This document shows positions 1 to 13,880 of a stretch of 64,000 nucleotides of DNA, one piece after another (the first letter of the stretch is position 1; every line of letters starts with the position of its first letter). The DNA is from the human T2T-CHM13v2.0 reference genome, Homo sapiens. Location of the stretch: the NCBI RefSeq assembly GCF_009914755.1, contig NC_060929.1, one strand, 5' to 3'. Made by a program: the position numbers and the translations under genes. Below the pieces are notes generated by a model, which worked only from the letters and a program-made list of their open reading frames with translations, was not told the origin of the DNA and searched no databases.

Positions 1-1889
1 GCTACAGAACATCCAAGAAAAATACGAATGAAGAAGGACAATAAGCCCATCTCATATCACAAATGGTTATACTAACGGGACCATGAGAATATTTGTCATA
101 TATTTGAAGCAGAAAAAGGTGCTTAAGATACAGAATCAGAACTCAGGGTATATAGTTATGGTGAGGAAGCATTCTGGACCTTTTATAAAAACTTTAATGG
201 ATAGTCACCACTGTCTAGTAGAGAGTTGAATTGCCTCAGAGTAGTGATTACTCTACTGGTGACTGAAAGGAGTAAACAGAATTTTAAATATTTATCAGTA
301 ACATTGATGAATGGTTCCTTCTTTGGGTTGAATTTGGAACCAACTTACCCCTAATTTCTTTTGATGTTCTTCTGTTTATAATTGTCTTTCTTAAAACGTG
401 ATGCATGGTCATGCATGGACATAATAGTCTTGACGTGGCCTGGTATACACAGAGTGTTTTGGGATTGATTCAGGGTTTATACCATATTATATCAGCTCTT
501 TAGGTGTATGATCTCCTATAGCAGCCTCTGATAAATCAGCAAGAGATTACAATAGATTTTTAGCCTCTGTTCTCACTGGTGGGATATGTATAAAAGGGAG
601 AGTATGGAAAGGCTGGGAAGAAAAAAAGGTCAAATGTGTTCTTTAAGTTCTCCTTTCATAGCTACATTTGTATTTGGGAATGTCATGATTGGGAAACAGG
701 CCATGAAAGAAAGAATTTTGTTGGTACAAAGTACATTGTTCCTTTTAAGGGGGGGCACATAATTATAATTTCTTGGGTTTTATTTATGTCATTTAGAATG
801 GGAATTGGGGAGAATTATCCAAGGGTTCTAAGTGGGGGAAAAACACAACACCATCACCACATTTTGCTGATGGTGCAAGTGGTAACGAGGACATGAAATC
901 CATAATAAGTAAATTTCTTAATTACTGTAAAGATATTTAAGATTGTCAGCCTGTATTAAAATGACTGTTTTGCACATTGCTATATTTCCTGCATCTGGAA
1001 CATTAACACAGAGTATACACTCAGTAAATATTGTTGAATACATTATTGTATTCATTTGACCTTTAATTGAATCATGAAAATAAGTTGCAGCAGATTTTCC
1101 ATTTCTCTGACTACCAGTGCTATGGTCCTTGAGTAGTTTGCTCCACTAATCTTGTTTCCATGGTAAAATGAATTTGCATCTACTCTCTAGGGGTATGTAG
1201 GAGGTTGGCAACATCTCTGTCAATTGTGAGGTCACCAGTAAGACCTGGCAGTGATGAGTGCTTCCCCAAATCACAGCTGTGCAGCTTTCTCAGTGGTCTC
1301 ATTCTCTTCTACTTAAAGCACATAACTAGGCTGGAATTGCATGAGATAAGTGCTGCAAAGGCTCATCACCATGGTGAATGGCTCCAAAAAATCACTGAGT
1401 GACTAACCCTTTAACAACTAGGTGTACAATTGAATACACACCAACTCATTAAGTGCTAGGGTGGGTGGCGATTTGGAAGCCACCTTTCTGGTTAAGAAAT
1501 AATATAGGTCAAAGTTAGTTAATAGATTTAAATTCTTCTCTTAACTCAACAATATGGAACATGTAAAATTTTCTCTTTTGCAACAAAAAGAAGCCACGTT
1601 GTTATGACTTTGGAGAATCCTGATGGATGAAGACATGGAAATGTTTCTTTGCTCAGCTCTTGCTATTGAATTTAACAACAGCATGAACACATGTGTTTGA
1701 TCATCTTGCATAGCACTACTAAAATTTTAAGCCTGAGCAATGTGGGTTAGACACGGGCAGGAGCTTCCTCCGAGTGAACTAAAGGAGAGCTTACTCTTTT
1801 CTTTTCTTCAAAGCCAAACTGAGAAGGCATTAATTCTGATTTTGTTTTTTGAAAAAAAAATCAACCTTATACAAGCTTTCACTTTTTCT

Positions 1890-2720
1890 TTAACCTCACT
1901 AGCCCTTCCTCCACAATCTCCTTTGCTTTTTCTTTCTCTTCTTCCCAGTGTTAGGGTCCTCAGGGATTGATCTTAGGCCCTGTTCTGTTCTTTCTCTATC
2001 CTCTTTTACTGAATAATATCATTCAGTCTTAGGGACTGAAAAATGATCATTATTTTGGCAACTGCCAGATAGATGTCTCTAGCATAAAACTATCCACTAA
2101 GCTTCATTCTCCAACTACTTGACTTTTCCCTTTGGATGTCTCACAAATATATCAGAGCTGATAAGTGCTCATCAGAAACTTTGATTCTCTATCCCTAAAA
2201 TCTGTTTCAGCTCCATGATTTGACTTTTATATCTCAATTACAGGCAGCTGTCTCTTCCTTCTTAAGTACTAAAGCTAGAAACTTTGGAGTAATCCTCAAT
2301 TCTTCTGTGCCACTGTTCCCCCATGTCCCAATATCACACCATTAATGCATTTGGATGATTGCCATCTGGTTTGGGTGAGAATCCAAAATAAATGTCAGAT
2401 CTGTTTACTTTTTTCCACATCCTTAGTCCAGTCACCCTGTGTTGCCTCCTTAGCCTAGCCACTGTGATCTTGCACCTGGATTATTGGAACTGACTTCAAA
2501 CTGGCCTCCCTCATTCTACTTTTGGTCACCCTAGAATCTGTTTTCTGAAAAAAAGCAAGAATGGTTTTCTTCAGATTTACATTAGATCATGCCATCCACC
2601 ATCATTTGCTTCCAATTACACTTCAAATAAAATCTAAATGGCTTAGGGTCTTGAGAGCTCTACATGAATCATGTCCTGCCAACCTGTCTGCTCTGTTTTT
2701 GCTGCCATCATTGTTTATGT
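1890..2720 (+). mobile_element. L2 LINE relic; 3' part continues at about 3200-3670
   Basis: Degenerate similarity to recalled L2 consensus (cctcagggattgatcttaggccct..., ccactgtgatcttgcacctggattattg..., 3' end ...tggcaggtatttaataggtatattt). Boundaries approximate. Confidence 0.55.
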
Positions 2721-2996
2721 ATGACTCCTATCACTGCCTCAGTCTCCACACCACCTGTCAGTTTTTAACTGAGTTTGGCTTGTATGTAGGTTTTCCTAAT
2801 AGACTTTACACTAATGACACCATTATTTATTGCTTTAATTACTGTAGTAGCCTCCCAACAAGTCTTGTGTCTCTCCATTTCAATCTTTCTTTTAAATTAA
2901 TCTAAGTCATATGTACATCATTTACAAAGCTAATGCTTACTATAAGAAAGAAAATATCCTGCCCCTTCTCCCCATCTTTGACTTCTGCCCTACAGG

Positions 2997-3154
2997 AGCA
3001 ATACCATTTCTTGTGGTACTAAGTATTCTAGCTATATTTATTCTTTATTTTTCATTTTGAAAAATGAAAGCTTTATAAAAGCAATCCTGTTTCTTCTGGT
3101 ACTAAGTATTATAGCTATATTACTTATTCTTTATTTGTTACTTTTTGAAATATG
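2997..3154. repeat. Diverged direct duplication, period about 83 bp
   Basis: tttcttgtggtactaagtattctagctatatt at 3007 versus tttcttctggtactaagtattatagctatatt at 3090. Confidence 0.85.
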
Positions 3155-6100
3155 TTTTGCTGTGACATATACACATGGGACACAAACATGTTGTTATAAA
3201 TGATAATTAGAAGTGTACACCTTTGTGAACATAAAGTACATTTGTTGAGTTTCTCCCACATATCTTCCAGAATTACAGCCTTGGTTTATGGCATCGCTCA
3301 CCTGGGACACCATCTTTTCCCAATTTAAGTTCGTTTTCATATGGCAGGCTCCTTCTTTCACTTTAGTTATTGCTTCAAATGCCATCTCCTTAGTTATTGA
3401 GCTACCCTTTCTGGCTTCTCTAGCATTCACTCTATTTTTTTTTTTTTTTGATCTTTCTTTGTTTCTTTAATACTGCTTTTTACAATTTAGAATTTCTTAA
3501 GTGTATTTTTCTGAATACCTGATTTTTGTCTGTCCTTCCCTCATCATCCCCACTAAATATACAAAGTCCATGAAGACAGGGGTCATTCTGTTTTCATCTT
3601 TGAATCCTCAATTACTTGCCTACTGCTGCATGGCAGGTATTTAATAGGTATATTTATAATGAACATTAAATAATCATCAGGAAGTTACAATGGAACATAA
3701 TAGATTTGGGCTAGACTGGTAAACAACTAAGAAGTAGATTTTAAAATAAATTCGCTCCCTATATTTAACATGTTATTTCTCTATTTAAAGAATTCATAGA
3801 TAGCCCAAAATAATAATTACAAATTATTACATGTAACAAGATTACAGTAAGGTGAATGGATACAAGAAAGTATATGAAAATAGCTTCTGTTGATATTGAG
3901 CAAAAATTAGAATATACAATGAGAAATGAGATAACTATCAGAACAAGAGCAACAACAACTAAAGCAGTCATTTTGAATATCTAAATGTGAGGATGGGGCA
4001 CTCATTTTCCACTTGACCAGTCTTCACCACTTCCTTTTTACTTCTTCACCACAGAGGCCAAAGAGTAGCTTCTATTTATTCTCATACTTGTGATGTTGTA
4101 TATGATAGAGTTGAAAAGGCACATTTTGAATCTTTTAAAATCTCTATCTCTATTAAATGTCAAAGGAAAAGATAGAAAAGGCCAGCAGTTTACAAGAAAA
4201 TGAAGAGCAGCCATATATTTTTCATTTGTAGGAGTGAACTTGTTCCTGTGTAATTATGTAAGTAAAATATGACTGTGTTGAAAGATATACCACAAGAAGC
4301 CCTCATGAAGCACACCATGATAAAATTTGTAAGCAGTGTCCAAGAAAATATAGATGGTTTAAAAAACAAAGGGGACATTCATCAGGGATTGTTTTTGAAT
4401 ATGAATCTAGTAAGTGAATCTGCTATGGAATGCCCCTGGGTTTCTTTCTGATAACCATTTCACATTCCCACTTCCCATACATGAAGTCTCTTCTCTGAGG
4501 TCCCCTCATTTAAAAGGCCATTTCTACATCACTCTGTAACCCATTCCTAGTACTTGGCACTACTTGAATTCATATTATACATGTATAGCTTTTCATTAAG
4601 TAAATAAGACTCAAGGGTCATAATAAAACTCTTGCCCGCCCCTCCTAGTTTTATCTCTGTTGTTTATTTGTAGGTTCTGAGAAGACTTCTGGTAAATTTA
4701 GTCACAAAATTCTGGATTTAATCTTTCAAGTATTTATTATATAATCATCAAACTGTCAAAATTCACATAAAGTTAAAATGAATCAGCCACATGCCCTCCG
4801 CATTCAGGCTTTCTTAGAAGAAATTACATCCAGTGAAAAAGGGAGAATGAAGTCAGAGTCCTTGTCATTTCTGCACCTATGACTTTCAGTCCTCCTATTC
4901 AGTGCACTGGGCTTTCTCTGGCTCCTCTAGCATTGGAACTGTTAACGGACACCCAGAAGGAGGGGCAGGTTCTTAGGTGACAGATGGCATTTTGGGATAT
5001 TATTGCTGAGCTCCGCATTTGCCAAGTGCTTTAAATGGAGAGTCTTTCATGGGTCACATTTGTGGCTTCTTGGGAGACTCTTTTCTTCAGAGATGCTCCT
5101 CAGTCTCTGGGGATCTCAGTCTTTTCCTGTGAGGATGGTGAATTCATCTTCTCAGGTAGTCACTTGCAACGCCTGCCTTAGTCTTTGGGTATCTGTTGGG
5201 ATACTTTCTGGCTATATTTTCATCTTTGTTTTAATTGCAAAATAGAACACAGACAGAAATAAGATTACAAGTAATCAACATAAAGCTTAGCAACAGATTA
5301 TGAAGCAAATATAGATCTTTTTGACCCAGCTGGATAAATGGTGCATCATTTTCTTTCCTAGAGTGTAAGTTGATGATGGGCCTTGACCACCTTGTTCACT
5401 ACTGTTCCCTGAGCTCTAACTGTACAAAGTTGATACTAATAAGCATTTATTGAATAAAGAGTTGGATGAAAAAATAAGTAATAAAATTATGATATATTTA
5501 GAGGATAAACTATTATTTGGCAATTAAAAAACACACAAAGATCGCATAATGCTATTAAGAAACAAGCTTTTCTTAAATGGGACAAAGTAGAATATAAAAT
5601 TCTAAAATATATCTATGCCTGTGTGTACATGCAAACGTATGCCCACACACAGATACATATACAATACAAATATATATGTGTATTTAAATTGACTAGAAGT
5701 ATATACATACATTCATATGTAATTATCCTGTATGATAGGATTTAGAAGAATTTTTTAAACCATATTTTTATGTTCCACTACGTTTAAATTCTGGTTGTAT
5801 GATCAGAAAAGATTGTAGGAAAGAAAATAGAAAAGAGAATTAAAAGAAAGGAAAAGGAAAAACAAAAACCTTGAAATATTCTACCAAGTCTGCCATGGGA
5901 GAATTGTTGGGGCATCCACCACTGAAGGAAGCCTGGAGGTGAAAACTCAGTCCACTTAGAAAGCCAGTGTGCCTTTGGCAGCCAAGAAGTCTGATCATAT
6001 AGAACAGTCAGCTCAAGATAAAGTTCAGAGCCTTAATGTACTATTTTTGTCTTTTGCTTTGGGAGGGATGGGGCCTGGCCTGGCTATTGATATCAAATTT

Positions 6101-6229
6101 TGGATAGCTACCATCTGTGAGGTGTTATGCTTGACGTCCAAACCCTTAGTGTACAATTTTTTAAAGATGAGGATTTTTTTTTGAAATAACACTTATATGG
6201 CAGGCCTACCCTTTTGCAGAAAGTTTCAC

Positions 6230-6460
6230 AAAGGCAGTATGTGCTTGAAACCAGACAGCCTTTCATTTGAATCCTGTCTTTACTACATACTGATTTGTGA
6301 TCTTAGGAGATAATAAATCTTTTTGAAGCTGACTTATTTTTTTTCAATTATAAAATGGATGAAATTAGCGTGTGTCCAAGGCTTTATTTATAGATTAAAT
6401 GAAATAATGCATATAAAATGCCTTGTAAACAGGCCTATTATTATATTATTGTTTTCTTAT
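6230..6460 (+). mobile_element. MIR SINE
   Basis: ccagacagcc...ttgaatcctgtct...tgtgatcttagg...ataaaatggat...attaaatgaaataatgcatataaa resembles the MIR core. Confidence 0.6.
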
Positions 6461-7399
6461 AAATAGTTTTAAATAGGCTTGAAAAAGAGTAAAGGTCCAT
6501 ATAATTTTTAGCTTGGGTAACTAAAAAAAGGTACAGCCATAAACAGATATACAAACTTTGAGAGGTGGCACTAGTTTGGAAAGAATAATGATATGACTGA
6601 AGTGAAACAAGGGAAGTGAGAGAGGAGAGTTAATCTTGAAGGGTGGCGGTGGACTATGAGTGAGGGGGTTGGGGAATCATCTCCATAAAGGAGGTTATAA
6701 AACCATTGAGTGTGATAGATGCAGAGAACAATTGCTGATCAAAAACCAGCCTTGGGATGAGAAACATGACCTGTTTAAGGGAACAGAAATAGTTTCTAGA
6801 AACGAAAAGGACCAGGGCAGTGGAAATTCAAGGAGGAGAAAAGTGGGCAAGGATCAAATGCCGCAGAGAGGGGAATAAAAAAGGAAATTGTGAGCAACCT
6901 CAGAAAAATTTCTGAAGTTTGGTGATTTGGGGGTGGGGACTAGAATGTAAGTAAAAATTTAAGTAGAGTGTAAGTAGCAAGCAAAGATAGCGTGATGTGT
7001 CAAAACCAAAAATTAACATGGAAATTGGGAAGCCTACACTCTAGGCCTGACATTCACATTAACTCTCTGTATAATTTTAGGCAAGCCACGCAATATTTCT
7101 AAGGATTGATTTTCGTTATTTTAAAACTCCTGTAATGCTCAGATGATTTCTAACTTTCCTTCTATCATTGGAGTTTTATGATTCTCTTTGGAGCCCTTTG
7201 GCTAGGAAAGAAAATGGAATGAGGTTAACAATGTGATCATCTGAAAAGTTTTCCTAAAGATACAACTTGGGCACACAAGGAAGCCAACATTGGAAATGCC
7301 CAGTGGAAGAAATAAAATTCTAATTTCCTCTTATGAAATCACAGGTGGAGTGAATACCTGCTCTTCAGAGCAGTGATGGATACATTTTCTGTTATCTCA

Positions 7400-7930
7400 A
7401 GAAGGAAGACTACATTTGAGCACCTGTTATATATTAGACCTTATGTATTGAAGGCATGAAGATGAGCACTATTCCAAAGCCTCAAGTAGCTCATGGTCTA
7501 ATCAGAAAGACATGAAACTATAACCACAGTAGACATATTAGTGCAACAACAGAAAATGTCTGGTGTAGAATTAGAGAGGGAAGGCAGTGGTTACTTTGGA
7601 GAAAGGACAGGGTCTGCTTGATTTTGAAGAATTGATAGCTCTTCACAGGCACAATGGCATTCTGGAAAGAGAAGGCAGTATGTGCAATATGCCAAGATGT
7701 AATCATGCAACTAAAGGTTATTTTGAAATGTGTTTGTTCACATAGTAAAAGCTTGTCTGTTATTGTTATATATGAAGTTTGAGTAGTAAAAGTAAAACTG
7801 GAGAGGCAGACAATACAATTCTCATAGCCTTATAGGCCTCGTATACCTTCATGAAGGATTTTATCTTTCTGAGCATACTGTGGAAACATTGAAAGGATCA
7901 TCAGGAAGAGTGTTTTAAGATGATAAGACA
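7400..7930 (-). mobile_element. L2 relic (antisense)
   Basis: catttgagcacctgtta... and cctcaagtagctcatggtctaat match the reverse complement of the L2 3' end. Approximate. Confidence 0.5.
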
Positions 7931-8192
7931 ATAGGATAGATATGGTGTCAGAAGTGTAGTTTTATACAGATTTATATGTAGATATAGAATACACAAATGC
8001 ATGACAAATCACTCCCATTTACAGTAATACTGAAATGATATTTTATTTGAATATATCATAAGAAAAACATGAGGTATTATAATTTATGCCAAGCCATATG
8101 TCATGCCTACACTTTGAACTATATAATGCTTTATAATGAGATATATTAATAAACTATAACCTTATGAGAAAATACTTAAGAAAATAAAGCCA

Positions 8193-8495
<303 letters not shown>

Positions 8496-8989
8496 TCATG
8501 TACTGCATCAGACATTTGTCTAACATGTTTTTACAAGCATATACTGATTCTAAAGCCTTTAAGCAACTTCTCTTACCACTGTTTACAACCGAAACACTTC
8601 TGCTTCTTCGAGTGTCTCGCTAATTCTCGGATGTACTTTATATTGGGACAATAGACTTATATCCTAAGATATTCAATATTCAAGACATTGGCTTTCCTTG
8701 TCCTATCAAGAACATTGTCATATTTTTTCAATTATATGAGTTTATTTTATTTTCTGGCTATATTTTCCCATTTCTTTGCTCAAACCAGACATCTTCCACC
8801 TGTTGCCTAGACTCTCCATCCTATTTGCCCCCACTCATAATGCCTCCTCTATAAGGAGCATCCTTGCACTTGTCTTATGCAAATCCTGCTGTCTCTCAGG
8901 ACCTTTCTCAGATCTTAAATTTATAATGATCTATCACCTTTCACATGTCCATGAGCACTTAGGACATTTAGTTATTATGATATGCTATA

Positions 8990-9507
8990 TATTTTTAAAT
9001 TACTTTAAATGACAAAAATTACAAATACATACATCACAAATGCACATATTTTTGGTGTGCAAAATGTTTTGATATATGTATACACTGTGCAAAGATTAAA
9101 TCAATTAATGTGTCTGTTATCTCACATACTTATCAGTTTTTTGTGATGACCACATTTAAAATCTACTCTCTTGACAATTTTCAAATATACAATGCATCAT
9201 TTTTAATTACAGTCACCATGTCGTGCAGTAAATCTCTTGAAGTTATTCCTCTTGTCTAACTGAAATTTTGGATCCTTTAACCAACATCTTCCCAAACTCC
9301 CTTTCTCTCCTTCTGCTGACCACCATTCTACTCTCTGCTTCTATCAGTCTGACTTTTTTAGATTTTACATGTGAGATTGTGCAGTATTTGTCTTTCTGTA
9401 CCTTGCTTATTCTACTTAATATAATGCCCTTCACATTCATCCATGTTGTCACAAATGACAGGATTTTCCTTATTAAGTCTGAGTAGTATTCTGTCTACAC
9501 ACACACA

Positions 9508-9543
<36 letters not shown>

Positions 9544-9705
9544 ATTTTTTAATCCATTCATCTGTTAATGGACACTTAGGTTGATTCCACATATCGACTG
9601 TTGTTAATAGTGGTGCAATAAACATGAGGGTGCAGATCTCTCTTTGACATACTGATTTCATTTCCTTTGAATATATACCCAGAAGTGGAATTGCTGGATC
9701 ATGTT
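8990..9705 (-). mobile_element. L1MA-type 3' fragment containing a (CA)n tract at about 9497-9542
   Basis: Minus-strand ORFs resemble the ORF2 C-terminus ([24 protein letters not shown]; TTWMNVKGIILS); L1MA-like 3' UTR. Confidence 0.85.
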
Positions 9706-11075
9706 TTTTAAAAATAGGATTTTATCACGACTGTTACAATATTAAGTACCTAATGAATTCTCAATACGTATTTGTTCAACTGAGCCTCAAAACATACCTT
9801 AAGCCAGTTCAGTGAAACTTTATCTAAAAATCTGAGGTTCAGGAACATGAAGAAAATTGCAATAAATGAGCATGGAAGAATGAAGAGAAAACTTCAGATA
9901 ATTGTAGTAGTACTTTGGTTATGTCAGTGATTTGGAAGTGAGATAGTTGAAGCGAAATAGTCATCCCCATAGAAGTGGGGAAAGAATGGAGAGTGTTATA
10001 TTGCTTTCTGTTCCTTCTAACTTTTTAGTTAGCTCTTATATGCTGTAGGATCTGTTTATCTATTTAATAGCCCATAGTTAACTTGAATTTGAATAAATGA
10101 ACCATTTATAATTAATGAGGTAAAGTAACAATATATGAACATCCCTGTACATTGTCCAAATCAAATTTTATGTTTTGATTAGAAGTTGGTTTTAGTGTCA
10201 GCACATCTACATGGAGATAAAAGTTAATGGTTATTTTAAAAAGCACCGAGCCACATAAATAGAGAAAAAGAAATTTCAACCAGTAAGAAAAGAAATGACT
10301 GGTAGCTTATTTTCACAAAAGCAATGCTAAATTGCAAAATATGGAAATTCTTACTAAATTGAGAAATCAAATAACATTAAATGACAAAAGAACAGATGTC
10401 ATCATATAAGAAAATGCCTATGAAGATAGAAATAAATTAGAAAACAACTGTTAAACCTTATTTTACATCCAGATATTTACATGAAATGACTCGAGTTAAA
10501 ATTATTTTGAAAAATTTAAAAAGGAAAATATGAAAAACACTTATATACTCTGCATTTATTTTAGATAGTGCATTGTGTCATATTAATTCATATAATCTTA
10601 TTTCTTGCTAAAATTCAGAGGACGATATTCGCAGTAAAGCAAAGGCTGCCTAATTGTGGATTGCCCAGCACAGGGGCACTTGTGCAGAAAGGTTAATATG
10701 GGTTCATGTTCTTTCATAGCTTGTAAAATCACATTGCAGATAAAACAATTTATTTTGTTAATGGAAGAAGTGAGCCCTTTGCGGGGACACAGAAAACCTC
10801 AAGATTTCCTATAATTCTGCTTTAATATGAGCCAGTATCTTGAATGACACATATTCATGCTAGGGCACTTTGTGTGCCATAGGATAGTATTCTAGGCCCA
10901 GAAAGAAAGTTCATGGTATGACTCTTGGTGCTAAATATGCCAGAGTGAACTGAGTTGGAACACAGTGGTCAGACTATAAACATGTATTGAATGAATGAGT
11001 CACCACTTATAATTATTCCAACTTGTTTTTTCCTTTTTAAAAGTAGCTTTCTTGTTTTTAAAAGTAGCTTTCTTG

Positions 11076-11190
11076 TTTTTTTTTTATTATAGTTTAAGTT
11101 TTAGGGTACATATGCACAATGTGCAGGTTAGTTACATATGTATACGTGTGCCATGTTGGTGTCCTGCACCCAGTAACTCGTCATTTAACA
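11076..11190 (-). mobile_element. Very short L1PA 3'-terminal fragment
   Basis: Poly(T) followed by attatagtttaagttttagggtacatatgcacaatgtgcaggttagttacatatg, the reverse complement of the L1PA 3' end. Confidence 0.9.
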
Positions 11191-11414
11191 AAAAGTGTCT
11201 GTAGATAAAATTCTAATACAACAGAAAATGTTATGTAATGAAGAAGCTTCCAAATCCTAACAAAACAACAATATAATTTATTTCAGACTAATTTACCTGC
11301 TAACAGGGATACAAAATTTAATAAAGTTAGATCCTTTGGACTTTGTGAGTTTTTCAGCCTGTACTCAAATGTTTGGATGCTTATATTTATTATGATTGTC
11401 CTTATTATTAAAAT

Positions 11415-11660
11415 TAAAGTAACAGCAAACATTTATTGACTAGTTACCCATTATCAGAGCATTACCCATGATAAGAGCATTGCTTTCTGTTCCTTCTAAC
11501 TTATTAGTTAGAAGGATATGTGTATTTTTAAAATATATATATATTTTTTAAAAAGTTATCCTCCAAATAACCCTATGAAGTTGGGGTTTGGATAAAGGTG
11601 CTGTAACTTTCCCATAGTTACACAGCTAGCAGTAAGTTATGAACCCAGTTCAGAATCTTT
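11415..11660 (-). mobile_element. MIR, interrupted by rearranged sequence
   Basis: aacagcaaacatttattga...cctccaaataaccctatgaag...taactttcccatagttacacagctagcagt. Confidence 0.55.
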
Positions 11661-12283
11661 TCTTGGAGTCATTAAATTTTATGTGATAGTGTGCAATTAA
11701 ATTTTATAAGGTTTATTGTTATAAACCTAACCATGTTTATAACCTGGTTGAAAGGATGTATAGAATCACAAATTTATGATTTTCAGAAACTGAGCATGTT
11801 TGCCTGAGCTGTGCTGAGCAGCATAATTCTTATTTTAATCATCAGCCTCACTGTCAATTTTATTGGCAACCTTGAAAACTTAATGACTCTCAGAATTACA
11901 CTAATCCATAAGACAAGAATAACATATTTCTTTATTTTTAGCCTAGATCAATAATGTGTAACACAACACCACCTATTCTCAATTTATGTGTAGATGTACT
12001 ACATCTTTAATGGCTATTATTTAATAATTTTATCTTTAATATTTTCTTGTTTCTCATTAAATTAAGCTCAAGGGAAAAACTGCTGGATTTGATGTAATTA
12101 CCTTAAAATTCAAGCTAGTTTCAGACTGAGAGAAGTAAAATATGTATGGAAAATGAAAGAACTTACTTGAAGTTATTTGAAGGCATATTAAAATTATACA
12201 AATATTTGGCCCACATATGTGTCTAGTATTTTAAAGGTTCATTAGAGTAAATCTTTCTTAATTATCCCTACCCCTGAATATAT

Positions 12284-12432
12284 TTGTGTGCCTGTGTACG
12301 TGTGTGTGTGTGTGTGTGTGTGCGAGAGCCAGAGTGAGATCTAGAGCGAGAGAGAGAGAGAGAGAGAGAGATTGAGACATAGGGAAAGCAATAGAGGCAG
12401 AGAGAGAAAGAAAGGGAGAGAGAGGAGGGGGA
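12284..12432. repeat. Compound (TG)n-(GA)n microsatellite with purine-rich tail
   Basis: Read directly from the sequence. Confidence 0.95.
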
Positions 12433-13714
12433 CAGATCGAGGTGATAAAATTGCTTATTCTCGTTCTTGATAATTTTTTAGTGATAAAACTCATTCAATA
12501 AAATGAGATTGATTAGGATTTTAAGATTTACCCTCGATTTACTTTATTTGGTACAGAATGCAATGAGGTAGAATATTGGCAGTGGAAGATGCAATACTAA
12601 TAATTCAAACAAATTAAAAAAAATTCTGCTATACTTCCAAAGAAAACATGCATTTCCTTCAGGATATATGTATTTGTTTAATTTTCACTTTAGAAAATAA
12701 TTATATTATTATTGTGCCACTTATAAGTGGATCAAATTGAAATGAAATATACATAAAATTCATATTGATAATTCAAAACAGAATTAAGAACTTTGATATT
12801 AGCAGATTGGGTATTAGTAATACAGGTTTTAGTATATGATTTATTCAAAACTATTTGCTAAAGAGATAATATAGTTGAATGTATGCTATCTATATGTATT
12901 AATTATACAGAGTTAAATACTAAAAATGGAAAAGATCAAGTCATAGCATGTTCTTTCATGTGGAATACTTTCCTAGTTATAATGTAAATTTATATTCTAG
13001 AAAAGGAAAGGAAGAAATGACTAGGCTTAGCCTCAAAATATTACAAGTATACCTACTTGTTATAAGTACTTTTTATTGATCATAACTGTATTATACAGTT
13101 TCAACCCTCTGTCTCACAATTGGATGACTTTTAAAACATGTCACTATGTGAAATGAAACTTGTTTATGTAAGTAATGCTTCATTTTTCTCTAACTTATTC
13201 TTCAAGGGCTTTTAAAATACGTAGTAGAAGACTTTAAGGATATTTTATATATTAATTTGATGCTTCTTGCATTTGTCTCTTGCATTTGTCTTAATATGTT
13301 ATATGAATTACTTTATTAAATAATGACTGTCAAAAATTTGGACTGTGCCATGTATGCAATTAAAAACTGTATTGCTCTTTCTGTACATGCTGTACATTTA
13401 AGTGACCCCATGGGTCTCCCAAAGTGAGCCTTTAACATTCCAAAATTTTTACTGTGCATCTGTTGCTGGCGTCTAGCCTCCCACCCACACGGATTAAGAC
13501 TAACTAAATGAAGTTTATGTTAGTGCAATAAAGTACATAAAGATGAAGTAATAAAATGGGAAGATAGTTACCTTGCTAGTGGGGTTGCTAAGTTAGTTTC
13601 ACTAGAAGACTGTATGCATGTTTGTTAACAAAAACAGAATGTATGAATGGAAGAATCTAAAAGTATTTTTTCAAATGATATTTCTTACATATCTTTTTGT
13701 GTTATATATTCCAG

Positions 13715-13880
13715 ATGGGATTTATACAGCTCAATGAGGACTTCATATTTATTGAGCCACTCAATGATACAATGGCCATAACAGGTCACCCACACCGTGT
13801 ATATAGGCAGAAAAGGTCCATGGAGGAAAAGGTCACAGAGAAGTCAGCTCTTCACAGTCATTACTGTGGTATCATTTCAG
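13715..13880 (+). CDS. ADAMTS19: ADAMTS19 internal coding exon (166 nt, phase 0 to 1), prodomain: MGFIQLNEDFIFIEPLNDTMAITGHPHRVYRQKRSMEEKVTEKSALHSHYCGIIS
   Basis: Acceptor ttccag at 13709-13714, donor GTAAAT at 13881. Typical ADAMTS prodomain features (G-I-x-F-IEPL, HxVY, CG). Peptide recognised as ADAMTS19 and joins in frame to the next exon (G|AT = Asp). Confidence 0.93.
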
